A stretch of DNA of 64,000 bases from Squalus acanthias (Eukaryota): assembly GCA_030390025.1 (NCBI GenBank), contig CM059431.1:155064001-155128000 (forward strand), read 5' to 3'. The notes beneath the pieces are model-generated. The model had not been told where the DNA came from. It worked only from the letters and a program-made list of their open reading frames with translations, and ran no database searches. Of this stretch, positions 22,390 to 37,200 are shown in pieces (position 1 is the stretch's first letter; each line of letters begins with the position of its first letter). Position numbers and translations under genes: made by a program.

Positions 22390-25300
22390 AATTCAGACAC
22401 AATGTGGATGACTCTTAACTGCCCTCGCAAATGGTCTCGCAAGACACGCATTTGTAATCAACCGATAAAATGCACACTAATCAGAAGAAAAGCCGACGGA
22501 CCACCCGCTCTCGACCTCGGCACTGGCTACGGGCACCACAACAGCACACCCAGCCGAGTGGTCCCTGCAAAGTCCTCCTCACCAACATCTGGGGACTTGT
22601 GTCAAAATTGGGAGAGCTGTCCCACAGACGAGTCAAGCAAGAGCCTGACATAATCATACTCACAGAATAATTCCTTTGAGCAAATGTCCCAAACTGCTCC
22701 ATCACCATCCATGGGAATGTCCATCCCATCGGCAGGACAGTCCAATCAGGGGTGGCGGCAGAGTGATATACATTCGGGAAGGAGTGGCATTGGGTGTTTT
22801 GAACATTGACTCCAGACCCCATGAAATTTCATGTGTTCAGGTCAAGCATGGACAAGGAGTCCTCCTGCTGATTACCACCTACCACCCTCCCTCCGCTGAT
22901 GAATCAGTACTCCTCCATGTTGAAAACCACTTGGAAGAAGTACTGAGCGTAACAAAGGCACATAATTTACTTTGGGTGGGGGACTTCAATGTCCATCACC
23001 AAGAGTTGCTCGGTAGAACCACTACTGACCGAGCTGGGCCGAGTCCTGAATGACATATCTGCCAGTCTGGGCCTGCGACAGTTGGGGAGACAACCAACAG
23101 TAGGGGAAAAACTACTTGAACTCGTCCTTACCAATCTACCTATCGCAGATGTATCTGTCTATGACAGTAGTGGTAGTAGTGGCCACCGCACAGTCATTGT
23201 GTTGACGAAGTCCCGTCTTCACGCTGAGGGTACCCTCCATCGTGTTATGTGGCACGAACACTTTGCTAAATGGGATAGATTCGGAACTGATCTAGCAGCT
23301 CCAAACTGGGCATCCATGAGTCGCTGAGGGCCATCAGCAGCAGCAGAATTGTATTCCACCACAATCTGTAACCTCTTGGCCGGTATATCCCTCACTCTCC
23401 CATTACCATCAAGCCAGGGGACCAATCCTGTTTCAATAATGATTGTATAAGAGCATGCCAGGAGCAGCACCAGGGATACCTAATAATGAGGTGCAAATCT
23501 GGGGAAGCTGCAAAACAGGACTAGATGCATGCTGAAAAGTGGATGCAGCATGCTATAGACAGGGCTAAGCGATCCCACAATCAACGGATCAGATCAAAGC
23601 TCTACAGCCCAACCACATCCATTCGTGAATGGTGGTGGATAATTGAACAACTAACGGGAGGAGGAGCCTCCGTAAATATCCCCATCCTCAATGATGGTGA
23701 AGCCCAGCACGTGACTGTAAAAGAGAAGGCTGAAGCGTTTGCAACCATCTTCAGCCAGAAGTGTCGAGTGGATGATCCATATCGCCTACTCCTAAGGTCC
23801 CCACCATCACAGAAGCCATTCTTCAGCCAATTTGATTCACTCCACGAGATATCAAGAAACGGCTGAGCGCACTGGATACAGCAAATGCTATGGGCCCCGA
23901 CAACATCCCGGCTATCATGCTGAAGACATTTGCTGCAGCGCTAGCCGTACCTCTAGCCAAGCTTTTCCAGCACAGCTACAACACAGACATCTATCCGACA
24001 ATGTGGTGAACTGCCCACGTATGTCCTGTCAACAAAAAGCAGGACAAATCCAACCCGGCCAATTACCGCCCCATCACTCTACTCTCAGCAAAGTGATGGG
24101 AGGTATCATCAACATTTATATCAAACGGCACTTACTCACCAACAACAAAAGCTCACTGCTGCCCAGTTTCGGTTCTGCCAAGACCATTCAGCTCCCGACC
24201 TCATTACAGCCTTGTTCCAAACATTGAAAAAGGAGCTGTATTGAAGAGGTGAGGTGAGAGTGATGTTGTTGATATCAAGGCAGCATTTGACCGAGTGCGG
24301 CATCAAGGAGCCCCAGTAAAATTGAAGTCAATGGGAATCGGGGGGAAAACTCTCCAATGGCTGAGTCATAACTAACACAAAGTAAATTGTTTGTGGTGGT
24401 TGAATGTCAATCATCACAGCCCCAGGACATCGCTGCAGGAGTGCCTCAGTGCAGAGTCCTAGGCCCAACCATCTTCTGTTGCTTCATCAATGATCTTATT
24501 TCCAAATTAAGGTCAGAAAGAGGATGTTCGCTGATGACTGCACAGTGTTCATCTCAATTCACAACCCGTCAGATAATGAAGCAATCCATGCCCGCAAGCT
24601 ACAAGACCTGGACCATGTTCAGGCTTGGGCTGATAAGTGGCAAGTAACATTAGTGCCACAGAAGTGCCAGGCAATGGCTATCTCCAACAAGCTAGAATCT
24701 ATCCATTGCCCCATTATATTCAATGTCATTACCATCGCATATCCCCCACCATCAACATCCTAGGGGTCACAATTGACCAGAAACTTAGCTGCACCAGCCT
24801 AAAAAATACTCTGGCAACAAGAGATGTCAGAGGCTAGGTATTCTGTGGCGAGTGCCTCACCTCCTGCCTTCCCAAAGCCTTTCCACCATCTACAAGGCAC
24901 AAGTAAGGATTGTGATGGAATACTCTCCACTTGACTGGATGCATGCAGCTCCAACAACCCTCATGAAACTCGACACTATCCAGGACAAAACAGCCCGCTT
25001 GATTGGCAAACCATCCAGTACCTTAAACATTCACTCCCTCCACCACCGGCATACCGTGGCTGCAGTGTGTACCATCTACAAGATGCACCGCAGCAACTCG
25101 CCAAGGCTTCTTCGGCAGCACCTCCCAATCCCGCGACCTGTACCACCGAGAAGGAGAAGGGCAGTAGGCGCATGGGAACACCACCACCTCCAAGTTCCCC
25201 TCCAAGTCACACACCATCCTGACTTGAAAATTTATCGCCGTTCCTTCATCGTCGCTAGGTCAGAATCCTGGAACTCCCAACCTAACAGCACTGTGGAGTA

Positions 25301-25425
25301 CCTTCACCGCACGGAATGCAGCGGTTCAAGAAGGTGGCTCATCACCACCTTCTCAAGTTCAATTAAGGATGGGCAATAAATGCTGGCCTTGCCAGCGACG
25401 CCAAGAACCCGTGAACGAAAAACAA
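22390..25425 (+). mobile_element. Decayed APE-RT non-LTR retrotransposon (CR1/L2 group, separate family)
   Basis: TNIWGL...IILTE, GDFNVH, GPDNIP, AGVPQ..VLGP, FADD, YKAQVR.MEY; tail gggcaataaatgctggccttgccagcgacgcc. Confidence 0.88.
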
Positions 25426-25520
25426 TATCATGGCAGTTAATGCGGGAGCTCTTGGGTTGTGTTCGCTGATTACAGGAAAGCGACATGTGAACTAATACAC
25501 TATTGCAAAGGTAGGAAAAA

Positions 25521-25865
25521 GAAATTCGTCCTGGGCGGTGGCGCAAAACGGACGGTATCGGATCGGACGCCCCTTATACGCAGCGCCTGAATTTCAGTTC
25601 TATTGCAGTTAATGGAACTGAATATCAGGCGCTGCGTATAACGGGCGGCCGATCCGATACGGCCCGTTTTTCGCCACCCGCCGAGACGTATTTCTAGGCC
25701 CATTGATCTCGACTTTTTTCTCGGGCGATGGCGCAAAACGGGCGGTATCGGATCGGCTGCCCGTTTCATTGCTGTCAATAGTAAACATCGGGCGCTGCGT
25801 GTGAAGGGCGGCAGATCCGATATGGCCCGTTTTGAGACACAGTCCAAGTCGCATTTCTAGGCCCA
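25521..25865. repeat. Two tandem palindromic MITE-like units
   Basis: Unit 1 folds back around cagttctattgcagttaatggaactg; both units end in atttctaggcccat. Confidence 0.8.
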
Positions 25866-28505
25866 TATCGTTCAGCTGTTCACAATCAATTCATCTTTCA
25901 AAGCAATAAAATGCGGTTTTTCAGCTACACTGTTGTAACGAATTCAAATCCCGCTAAAATTTCGCTGTTCCAGTAAATATCACGGTAATTAGAGCGGTAG
26001 CGTTATTTCAACGATACTGAATCTGCCGTCCATTTTAAACTGCACCAGACGTTCCTTTCAATTGATTTTAACGGACAAGAAAGACAGGTGGGATGCGCCA
26101 CGGGCTGTGCTTTCGCTATGTCCCTTTTTCTCCAACCGCCCAAGACCAAGTTTGCCCCAATGATTTTATTTATTTACTGGAATAGAATAACGTCAGACGA
26201 TTTTTTAATCCATGTGAGGAATATAACTATGAAGAACATAAGAATATTACATCGCTAGAAGAGAACAGATCCACCGCCCTATTGGTCGCATGATACAAGG
26301 CTAATGGAGCAACGTGAAAATTACCGGTTGAGGAATCGATCCTTTCTTTTCCCCGTGAGGTTTTGCACTTGGCAATATGACTGCAGTTTCATACAGTTTT
26401 CCTTCTCATCAGTCATTTTACGGTTACGGAGGTCCAATATTCTCAGTGACTCGTTTGTGCGGAGTGTGCAGCAGAGTCCCTCGGTACAAGTGTCTGTGAG
26501 AACGTTGTTGCTCAGCCCGCATTACAAAGAGAAAACATGTTGGTAGTATAATAAGCAGAGATGAAAATAAAAATATAAAATACTAATGCTGCCAATCTGA
26601 AAGCAAAGCAAAAAATGTTGCAATTCCACAGTCGGTCGTTATGGGTTTTAAGTCATTTACGTAACGGGTTAAATATTGAAGTAGAACTCGGCATGGACCT
26701 GTTGGGCCGAATGGCCTGTTTATCTGCTGTAGATACTTTGTAACTCAGAACTAAATAGATGTAGTCCCTGAATTTGCGGTCTGTCTGACGGCGTACCTTC
26801 ACAGTAGGCCATCATAACCTACCCCTTTAAAAAAACTGACTGCAAATTCGGCATTTCTGCTGCGCTAAATCACAAACTTGCGATCTGGCAAGTTCCGACT
26901 GCACATTTGCTTCACAGCGTCTTTCACCTCCTCATACAAATCAATGTGATGACGAAAAGGTGGGCTTATTTCCCACCTACGGCTGAACACTTTTAAGTCT
27001 GGTGCAAACGGGCACAGGAAGCTTGTTGCACAGGGTAAGGGGACCGGACGCGAAAACTTTAATAACAAAATGATCCGTAACAAAACAATGCTATCATGGG
27101 AGATTTGTTTTCAGAGGTTATCATAATGAAGTGTTTGTAAACACACCGAATAAAGCATAAAATTAGGGATTTGTAACCATTTCTAATGAGAAGTTAACAA
27201 TCAAAGTGTAACGTAATGAGAGACTTTTATTGCCAGTATGTGTTATGAGAGGTTTTAACAAATGATATTTGTGAATTTTGAATAAACATACTTTGTTCTT
27301 TTGAAAGATGTACAATAACAGATTGTTACCATGAGAAGATTGCAGTTACTGAATTTATTATAATGGCAGCATTTCAGTGTTAGATTTTTTTACATTGCAT
27401 TATTTGTGACAATGTATTTTTACGTAACAGATAGTTTGTAATAAGGTTTCATTATGATGAGTCGTCATTACACAACCCCATCCAATCCCGCTTTCCATTG
27501 ACTTCAATGTATTTTGATCTTCACCTCCTTGGCCTCAGCATCGGCTACGCCGACTGCAAATAAGGCTTAAAGGATTCAACATTTCTGGAAGGTGCATTTT
27601 AATGCCATGCAGTAGATTTTGTGGCTATTTTTACTTTGGCCTGTGGTGCAAAATGGGCGATTTCGAAATAGCCAACTATTAAGCTCCACGCCTGATTTTC
27701 TTCTCCATTGATGTCAACGGGTACATCTGGACTTTACGCGACCGTGTTAAACGAGATTCATCCCAATGGAAATGAAATGCGGTCATGGTGTATAATGGGC
27801 AGCCGTAATTTTTTTGCCGAATATTTTACAATATCGCCCACAGTCAATATCACCCGCTGTGGAACACTGCCATGGAGAAGGATTTACAGATTTGAAGGGA
27901 CATTTGAGAAGGTAAAATGTTTTCACTGTAGCTGAAATTTTTAACGAAGTACCACTAAAATACTTTTAGGATTACAGCAAAGCAGATAGTAATCGTTTGT
28001 GGTGACTGGTCAGTAAGATGATGATGATTGGGCACAGATTTCACATAATATTAAAAACAGTCATTTGAAAAATGTATTTGCACAGATGAATTGAGAAGTT
28101 TTTCAATGGTACTGTGGTTAGACTATTTGCTTCTGTCATTGGTCTCACTCACAATGACTTTGCGAATCTCTTCCACTCATGCCCCTTTACAAGATGCATG
28201 ACGATGCTTGACCGTCTTTTTTATCACCTTGGAATGCAAGCGGCGTGGATTAAGAGTACATATAATCGGCTCATTAAGTGGAAGAACATTTCTCAACGCG
28301 CAAGGGAAATGGAACGTGTTTGTAAACGTCTTTCAGCGGCCGCCAGCTGTCCTACACAACAACTACAACAAATTGAATTCATACAGCTCCTTTAACGTAG
28401 TAAAGCTTCCCAGGGCGCTTCACCGAAGCGTTATAAAACACGATTTAACATCGAGCCACATATTAGGACAGGTGACCAAATACTTGGTCCATAAAGTAGA
28501 TCTTA

Positions 28506-29192
28506 GGGCTGGATTTTCATTGACCCGTGGAGGCGGGTTTGGAGGCGTGTGGGGGGTTAAAATTACGAAAACTGGCGGGCGGGCACAAGTCCGCCTCCAT
28601 CCCGCCTCTACGAAATTTCCATTAAATCGTCTCTGCTGGTCCCGACTGCGTCCCGCCTCTGAAAGGCGGGATAGGCTGTTAAGGCCCTTAACAAGCAGCA
28701 AATTGGCTCTATAATGCCATTTTGAAAGGCCTTTGTGATTTTAAACCTTGTTCTACGTGAAGCACGCCTGTTCTGAACCACGATTGTGAAACCTGGCGGG
28801 AGCACATTTGGATATGGGTAGTTGATGCTGATCGTTGGCTGGCTGGCTTGCTGTGGGGATGCATATATGGATGGATAGAGAGGAGACATATCTGGGAGTG
28901 GTGGTGTAAAAATATCTGGGAGCAGACTTAGGGCTGCTGCTTATTTTGCAGGGCTCTCACAGCAAAGGCCAGTCAGTCTTTGAAGACCTTCAATGCAGCA
29001 GCAATGATGACATCATCAGAGACGACTGTCAGACTGAAAACACTGATTGGTTCATGGGTTCCCACATGTTGGAACTCAATTGCCGAATTAGGTGCAAATT
29101 TCATCAATCTCCCACATCCAATTGCAGTCGTGTGGATAACACGAAAAGTGGATGACACGACCCCAACACGCCCCAGTATCAAAATCCTACCC
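28506..29192. mobile_element. PIF/Harbinger-like MITE with TTA TSD
   Basis: tta|gggctggattttc ... aaaatcctaccc|tta. Confidence 0.75.
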
Positions 29193-29833
29193 TTAGTGTC
29201 TTAAAGGAGGAGTGAGAGTTAGAATGTCGTAGCGGTTTCGGGAGGGAATTCCAAAGTTTAGAGCCTAGGCAGCTGAAGATGGGGCGGTGAAAAACGGGGA
29301 TGCACATTAATTGGAGTGCAGAGATCTAGGCGTTTTGTGAGGTTGGAGGAAGTTACAGAGATAAGGAGGGGCAAAGCCATGGAGGGATTTGAAAACAAGC
29401 ATGATAATTTTTAAACCAAGGCTTTGCCGGACCGGGAGCCAATGCAGGTCAGAAGCACTGGGGTAATGGGTGAACTGGTCTTGGTACGAGTTATCATACG
29501 GGCAGCGGAGTTTAGGATAAGATCAAGTTGATGAAGTGTGATAGGTGGGAGGCCGTCCAGGAAAGCAGTGGAATAGTCAAGGCTAGATGTAACAAAGGCG
29601 TGAATGAGAGTTTCAGCAGCAGATGAGCTGAGGCAGCGGAAGAGACGGGCAAAGTTACGGAGCTGGATGTAAACTGTCTTGGCGTTGAAGCGGATATGTG
29701 GTCGGAAGATCATTTAGGGCTCAAATACAACACCAAGTTTGCGATCCGTCTGTATCAGCTGCAGACAATGGGCAGGGAGTGTGATGGAGTTATTGGCTAG
29801 AGAACAAAGTTACTGGTGGGTACCGAAGACAAT

Positions 29834-30575
29834 GGACCAAAAATTAGTGAGTGAGCCTTCGTGCGAGGGTAAGGCCTCCACCCGATCTCTCACAGCGCGC
29901 TGGCTTTTTCAGTCCGAGCTCGCACGAACTTGATGTTCTGGACAGCAGCTGTGCAGGGCTTTCGTATCCCACAGGCGTAGTTAATTCGTGCGAGCTGTGG
30001 GATCACTTATCTCAGTTAGAGCCAATGGCAGCACACCATCTTTCATTCAAAGCTTTCACAGCACGGCTGTGAAAGCTATGAATACTATAACCCCACAAAA
30101 GAACAGCTAAACCTCAATTAAATTTAAAAAAAACCCATCACATTAATAAAATAAGTACAGTTAAATAAATTAACCAGTTTAAACAAATAATTACATTTTT
30201 GAAAAAATTTAAAATCTTTGAAAATGTTATAAAAATAAACTTACCTGTCTTTAAAGTCTCTAAAAAAGATATACCTGTTAAAAAAATTCAAAATAATACT
30301 TAATTAAGTACTTACCTTGTTAAAAGAGGGTCTTACACCTCCTTTCTTTATGTCGAAAATGTTCCATGCTTAGCTGCGCGTCCAAAGCACTAAGTGCACT
30401 GCGTGCGCGCAGCCTGTAGCGCACCCGCGGTTCACCTTGGAACCGCCCCCTTTTGAATTCACCAAGTGCCGGTTTTCAGCGCATGCGCAGTGCATGCAGA
30501 AAACCGGCAATTGGAGACAGAATACGCGAGAGTACACAGTGCGTACTCTCGCGTAGCGGCACTAATTTGTGGGCC
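29834..30575. mobile_element. MITE (family shared with 38072-38818 and 51657-51968)
   Basis: Imperfect TIR ggaccaaaaattagtg / cactaatttgtgggcc; shared internal AT-rich block and cgcatgcgcagtgcatgcag motif. Confidence 0.75.
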
Positions 30576-30845
30576 ATTGTGTTTTCAGATGAGGCTGCCA
30601 AGGGGCAGCACGTAGAGGTGAAATAGAAGAGGACCAATAATAGATCATTGGGGGACTCCAGAGGTAACAATGTGAGAGTGGGAAGAAACGCCACTGCAAC
30701 GATTCTTTGACTACGAGTCGAAAGATAACAATGGGACCAGGTGAGGAACGTCTCTCACCCTAACCTGTAATATCGTTGACTAAAAAATATCTATCAATTT
30801 CAGTTTTTATTTTTAAATTGACCCAGACTTAACAGCTTTTTGTTG

Positions 30846-33575
30846 AACATAAGAACATAAAAAGTAGGAGCACGATTAGGCCATTTAGTCCCTCGAGCCT
30901 GCTCCACCATTGAATAAGATCATGACTGATCTTCTACCTCATCTCCACTTTCCTGAACTATCGCCAATTCCCTTGCTTCCCTTAATATTCAAAAATCTAT
31001 GAATCTTCGTCTTGAATATACTCAACGACTGAACCTCCACAGCCCTCTCGGGTAGAGAATTTCAAAGTTTCACCTCCGTATGAATGAAGACATTTTACCT
31101 CAGCCCTGTCCTAAATGGCCGACCCCTTATTCTGAGTCTGTGATTCCCGGTTCGAGACTCCCCAGCCAGGGGAAACATCCTCCCTACATCGACCCTGTCA
31201 AACCCTGTAAGAATGTTGTATGTTTCAATGAGATCACCTCTTACTCTTCCAATAATCCAGTTGTGTTCTTACCAGGATCCTATATAATTGCAGTAAGACG
31301 TCTTGGCACTTATACTCAAATCCTCTTGTAATAAAGGCCAACATTTAATTTGCTTTCCTAAATGTTTACTGGCCCTGCATGTTAACTTTCAATGATTCGT
31401 GTACAAGGTCGCCCAGGTCCCTCTGAACACCAACATTTCCTAATCTCTCACCATTTAAAATTACTCTGCCTTTCTATTTTTTTCTACCAAAGTGGATAAC
31501 TTCACATTTCTCCACGTTATATTCCATTTGCCATAATCTTGCCCACTCACTTAGACTGTCTATATCCCCTTGAAGCCTCCTTGCATCCTCCTCACAACTT
31601 ACTTTCCCACGAAGCTTTGTATCATCAGCAAACTTGGGTATCTTACATTTGGTCTCCTCATCCAAATCATTGATGTAGATTGTGAATAGCTGAGGTGCAA
31701 GCACTGATCCTTGCGGTACCCCACTAGTTACAGCCTGCCAGCAGGAAAATGAACCGATGTTTCCTACGCTCTGCTTTCTGTCCGTGAACCAATCCTCAAT
31801 CCATGCTAGTATATTATCCCCAATCACATGCGCTCTAATTTTGTTTAATATCTTCTTTTGTTGCAACTTATTGAATGCCTTCTGAAAATCCAAATACACC
31901 ACATCAACTGGTTCCCCCTTATCTATTCTGCTAGTTACAACATCAAAAAACACTTAACAGATTCGTTAAACCCGATTTCCCTTTCATAAATCCGTGTTGA
32001 CTCTGCCCAATCCAACTATTATTTTCTAAGTGCCCTGTTACCACATCCTTAATAATAGAAACCAGCATTTTCCCGACTACAGATGTGAGGCTAACTTCTC
32101 TGTAGTTCCCCGTTTTCTCTCTCCCTCCGTTCTTAAATAATGGGGTTACATTTGTTACCATCCAATCCGCGAGATCCGTTCCAGCATCTAGAATTTGGGA
32201 AAATGACAACCGATGTATCCACTATCTCTACAGCCACCTAGGATGTAGGCCATCAGGTCCAGGGAATTTATTGGCTTTCAGTCCCATTATTTACTCCAGT
32301 ACTTTTTTTTACTATTAATAATTTCTTTCAGTTCCTCATTCTCGCTACACACTTGGTTTTCCACTATTTCAGGGGCGTTTTTTGCGTCTACCTCCGTGGA
32401 GACAGACACAAAGTATTTGTTTAATTTCACATCCAATTCCTTAATTCCCATTATAATTGCTCCTGTCTCATTCTGTAAGGGACCCACGTTTACTTTTGCG
32501 AATCTTTTCCTTTTTACATACCTATAGAAGTTTTTACAGTCTGTTTTTATGCCTCTCGCAAGTTTACTATCATATTCTATTTTCTCTTTCTTTATCAATT
32601 TCTTGGTCCTCCTTTGCAAAATTCTAAAATCCTGCCAATCCTCAGACTTACTACTCTTTCTGGCAATATTATACGTCTCTTCCTTTGATCTAATAATACC
32701 TTTACCTTCTCTTGTTACCAAAGTTGGACCAATTTTGTAGTGGGGTTTTGGTGCCTTAAAGGAATGTATATTTGTTGTAAATAATGTATTAAATCTTTAA
32801 ATGCTAGCCATTGCTTTTCTACCCTCATACCTTTTAATATAGTTTCCCAATCTACCTGAACCTACCCGTCCCTCATAACTACGTAGTTTGCTTTGTTTAG
32901 AATTAGACCCTAGTTTCGATTTAACTAAATCGCTTTCAAATTCAATATAAGATTCTATCGTTTCATGGCCATTCTTCCCTAAAGGCCCTTTTATTACAAG
33001 GTTATTAAGTAAACCTTTCTCATTACACAATTCTAGATCTAAAATAGCAGGTTCCCTAGTTGGTTCCTCAACATACTGATCTAGAAAACTAGCTGGCATA
33101 TATTCCATGAAATCGTCCTCAATGCTATTACTCAAAATATGGTTCGCCCAGTCTATATTCATAATAAAGTCCCCCATTATTTCTGTATTATCCTTGTTGC
33201 ATGCGCTTCTAATTTACTGATTTATACTCTGCCCTACATTACAGCTACTGTTTGGGTGCCTATGAAAGACTCCTACCAATGTATTCTGACCCTTGCCGTT
33301 TGTTAGTGCCCTCCAAACTGATTTTTCTTCTTGATTTTCGGAGCTAAGATCCTTTTTCTCGACTGTCTTCATCCCACCCTTTATTATCAGGGCTACCCCT
33401 CCTCCTTTTCCATTTTGCCTATCTCTTCTAAATGTTAAGAATCTTGGAATATTTAATTCCCAACCTTGGCAACTTGGCAACTACGTCCCCGTCATGGCTA
33501 TTGGTTGAAACCTGTTAATTCTATCTGCGCTATTCATTCATCTATTTTTTGCGAATGCTCCATGCATTCAGATTA
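30846..33575 (-). mobile_element. CR1 LINE ORF2, decayed
   Basis: aagaacat tail at 30847; RT and APE motifs in ORFs 31474-33480. Confidence 0.9.
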
Positions 33576-34265
33576 GTCATAGGGTCATAGACTCATAGAG
33601 TCTTAACGGCACAGAAGGAGGCCATTCGGTCGATCGTGTCCGTGCCAGCTCTCTGTAGAGCAATCGAGTCAGTCCCATTCCCCCGCTCTATCCCCGTAGC
33701 CCTGCAAGTTTATTTCTCTCAAGTGCCTGTCCAGCCTCCCCTTGAAAACATTGAGTGTCTCCGCTTCCACCACGTCAGTCGGCAGCCATTTCCAGGTCCT
33801 CACCAGTCGCTGCGTAAAATATATTTTTCCTCACATCCCCTCTGTACCTCTTGCCCAAAACCTTAAATCTGTGTCCCCTAGTCCTGTGCCATCAACTAGT
33901 AGGCACAGCCCTTCCCCGTCTAGCCTATCCAAACCCGTCATAAGCTTGTACACCTCCATCACATCACCTCTCAACCTCCTTTGCTCCAATGAAAACAAAT
34001 CCAGCTTCTCCAACCTGTCCTTGTAGCTAAAATCCCCCATCCACGGAATCATTCTGCTAAATCTCCGCTGCACCCTCTCAAGTGCCTTCACATCCTTCCA
34101 AAAGTGGGGTGACCAGAACTTGAAGCAATATTCCAGTTGTGGCCTAACCAGCGCTTTATAAATGTTCAGCATAACTTCTCTAATTTTGTAATCAAGACCT
34201 CTATTTTCGAAGCCCAAGATCCCATATGCTATGCTAAACACTCTCTCAATATGTCCACCACCTTC
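33576..34265 (-). mobile_element. CR1 3' end (same subfamily as 17797-18480)
   Basis: Colinear with 17800-18480. Confidence 0.85.
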
Positions 34266-37200
34266 ATAGAAACATAGAAACATAGAAGATAGGAGCAGGA
34301 GTAGGCCATTCTGCCCCTCGAGCCTGCTCCGCCATTCGATGAGATCATGGCTGATCATCCAAACTCTGTACCCTGCACTTGCCTTCTCCCCATATCCCTT
34401 GACACCTTTAGCTTTATGAAATATATGTAACTCATTCTTGAATATATTTAATGGCTTGGCCTCAATTACCTTCTGTGGTAGAGAATTCCACAGGTTCACC
34501 ACTCTCTGTGTGAATAAATTCTTTCTCATTTCTGTCCTAAATGGCTTACCCCTTATCCTTAGATTAAGACCCCTGGTTCTGGACTCTCCGAGCATCGGGA
34601 ACATTCTTCCTGCATCTAGTTTGTCCAGACCTGTCAGAATTTTATATGTTTCGATGAGATCCCCTCTCATTCTTATATACTCCAGCGAGTATAAGCCCTA
34701 TCGACCCAATCTCTCCTCATATTTAATTCCTGCCATCCCAGGTATCAGCCTGGTGAATCTTCGCTGAAATCCTTCCATGGCAAGAACATCCTTCCTCAGA
34801 TAAGGCGACCAAAACTGCACACAGTACTCAAGGTGTGGTCTCACCAAGGCCCTGTACAAGTGCAGCAGGACATCCCTGTTCCTATACTCAAACCCTTTCG
34901 CTATGAAGGCCAACATACCATTTGCCTTCTTCACCACCTGCTGCACCTGCATGTTTACCTTCAGCGACTGGTGCACAAGGATACCCAGGTCTCGTTGCAC
35001 TTCCCCTTCTCCCAAACTATTGCCATTCAGATAATAGTCTGCCGCTCTGTTTTTGACACCAAAGTGGATAACCTCGCATTTATCCACGTTATATTGCATC
35101 TGCCACGCTTCCGCCCACTCACCCAAACTGTCCAAATCATCCTGGAGTTTCTCGATATCCTCCTCGGAGCACACACGCCCACCCAGCTTTGTGTCATCTG
35201 CAAACATGGAGATATTACATTTAGTTCCCTTATCCAGATCATTAATGCATATTGTGAATAGCTGGGGTCCAAGGCCCGAACCCTGCGGTACCCCACTAGT
35301 CACTGCCTGCCACTCGGAAAAAGACCCATTAATTCCTACTCTCTGCTTTCTGTCCACCAACCAGTTCTCTATCCAAGTAAATACCTTGCCCCCAATCACA
35401 TATGCCTTAACTTTATACGCTAATCTCTTATGCGGGAACTTATCGAAAGCCTTTTGAAAATCCAAATACACCACATCTACTGGTTCTCCCTTATCTATTT
35501 TCCCAGTTACATCCTCCAAAAATTCCAGTAGATTAGTCAAGCACGATTTACCTTTTGTAAATCCATGTTGACTTTGTCCGATCCTGTCACTGTTTTTCAG
35601 GTGGTAAGCTATTACATCCTTTATAATGGACTCTAGCATTTTCCCCACTACCGATGTCAGGCTTACCAGTCTGTAATTTCCCGCTTTCTCTCTACCACCT
35701 TTTTTGAATAGTGGGGTAACATTAGCTACCCTCCAATCCATGGGTACAGTTCCAGATTTCATCGAATGTTGGAAGATGATCAGCAATGCATCTACTATTT
35801 CTCGGGCCACTTCCTTAAGTACCCTAGGATGTAGATTATCAGGCCCTGGGGATTTATCGGCCTTCACTCCCATCAATTTCCCTAACACCATTTCCCTGCA
35901 AATACTGATTTCTTTCAGTTCCTCCCTTTCATCAGACCCTATGTTCTCCAACATCTCTGGGAGGTTAATTGAGTCCTCCTCTGTGAAGACAGAACCAAAA
36001 TATGCATTTAATTGGTCTGCCATTTCTTTGTTCCCCATTATAACTTACCCGCTTCTGACTGCAAGGGACCTACACTTGATTTCACTAATCTTTTTCTCTT
36101 CATATATCTATAAAAGCTCTTACAGTTAGTTTTTATGTTCCCTGCAAGCTTACTTTCATCTACTATTTTCCCCTTCTTAATGAATCCCTTTGTCCTCCTT
36201 TGTTGAATCCTCAACTGCTCCCAATCCTCAGGGAAACCGCTTTTTCTGCCCAATTTATATGCCCTCCCCTTGGATCTTATGCTAACCGTAATTTCCCTTG
36301 TTAGCCACGGTTGAGTCACCCTTTTTGTTTTATTCTTATGCCATACTGGGATGAACAAATTCTGTAGTTCATCCATGCAGTCTTTGAATGTTTGCCATTG
36401 CCTATCCACCGTCAACCCTTTGAGTGACATTCCCCAATCAATCCTACCCAATTCACGCCTCATACCATCGTAGTTTCCTTTATTTAAATTCAGGACCCCA
36501 GTCTCTGATTCAACTACTTCACTCTCCATCCTAATGAAGAATTCTATCGTATTATGATCACTCTGACCCAAGGGGCCTCGTACAGCAAGATTGCTAATGA
36601 ATCCTTTCTCGTTACATAATAACCAGTCTAAGATGGCCTGATCTCTGATTGGTTCCTCGACAAATTGTTCCAGAAAACAATCCCGTAAACATTCTAGGAA
36701 TTCCTCCTCCACTGTATTTTTACTAATTTGGTTAGCCCAATCTATATGTAAATTAAAGTCACCCATGATGACTGCTGTGCCCTTACTGCATGTTTCTCTA
36801 ATTTCCATTTTAATGCCATCCCCAACCTCCGTATTACTGTTTGGAGGTCTATATTGCACTCCCATCACCTTTTCCTGCCCCTTGTTATTTCTCAGTTCTA
36901 CCCATATAGATTCCGCATCATCAGAGCTAATATCCTTCCTTTCAATTGTGTTAATCCCCTCTTTATCCAGCAATGCTACCCCACCTCCCTTTCTTTCCTG
37001 CCTATCTTTTCTAAATATTGAATACCCATGGATGTTGAGTTCCCAGCTTTGGCCACACTGGAGACATGTTTCTGTAATCCCAATCAAAACGTCTTCATTT
37101 ACGTCTATTTGCGCAGCTAATTCATCCACCTTCTTCCGAATGCTCCTTGCATTAAGACACAAAGACTTCAGGCTTGTTTTTTTACCGCTCTCAAAACTAT

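Larger units (their letters stand above)
28350..30745 (-). mobile_element. L2 LINE interrupted by two MITEs
   Basis: Tail near 28355-28390; AAETLIHAFVTSSLDY...PITPVL in ORF 29411-29713; RT-like sequence resumes after 30576. Confidence 0.75.

Noticed and set aside
33831..34670. 279-aa ORF as a novel fusion protein
   Set aside because: Chance read-through from one CR1 3' end into the adjacent CR1 fragment.
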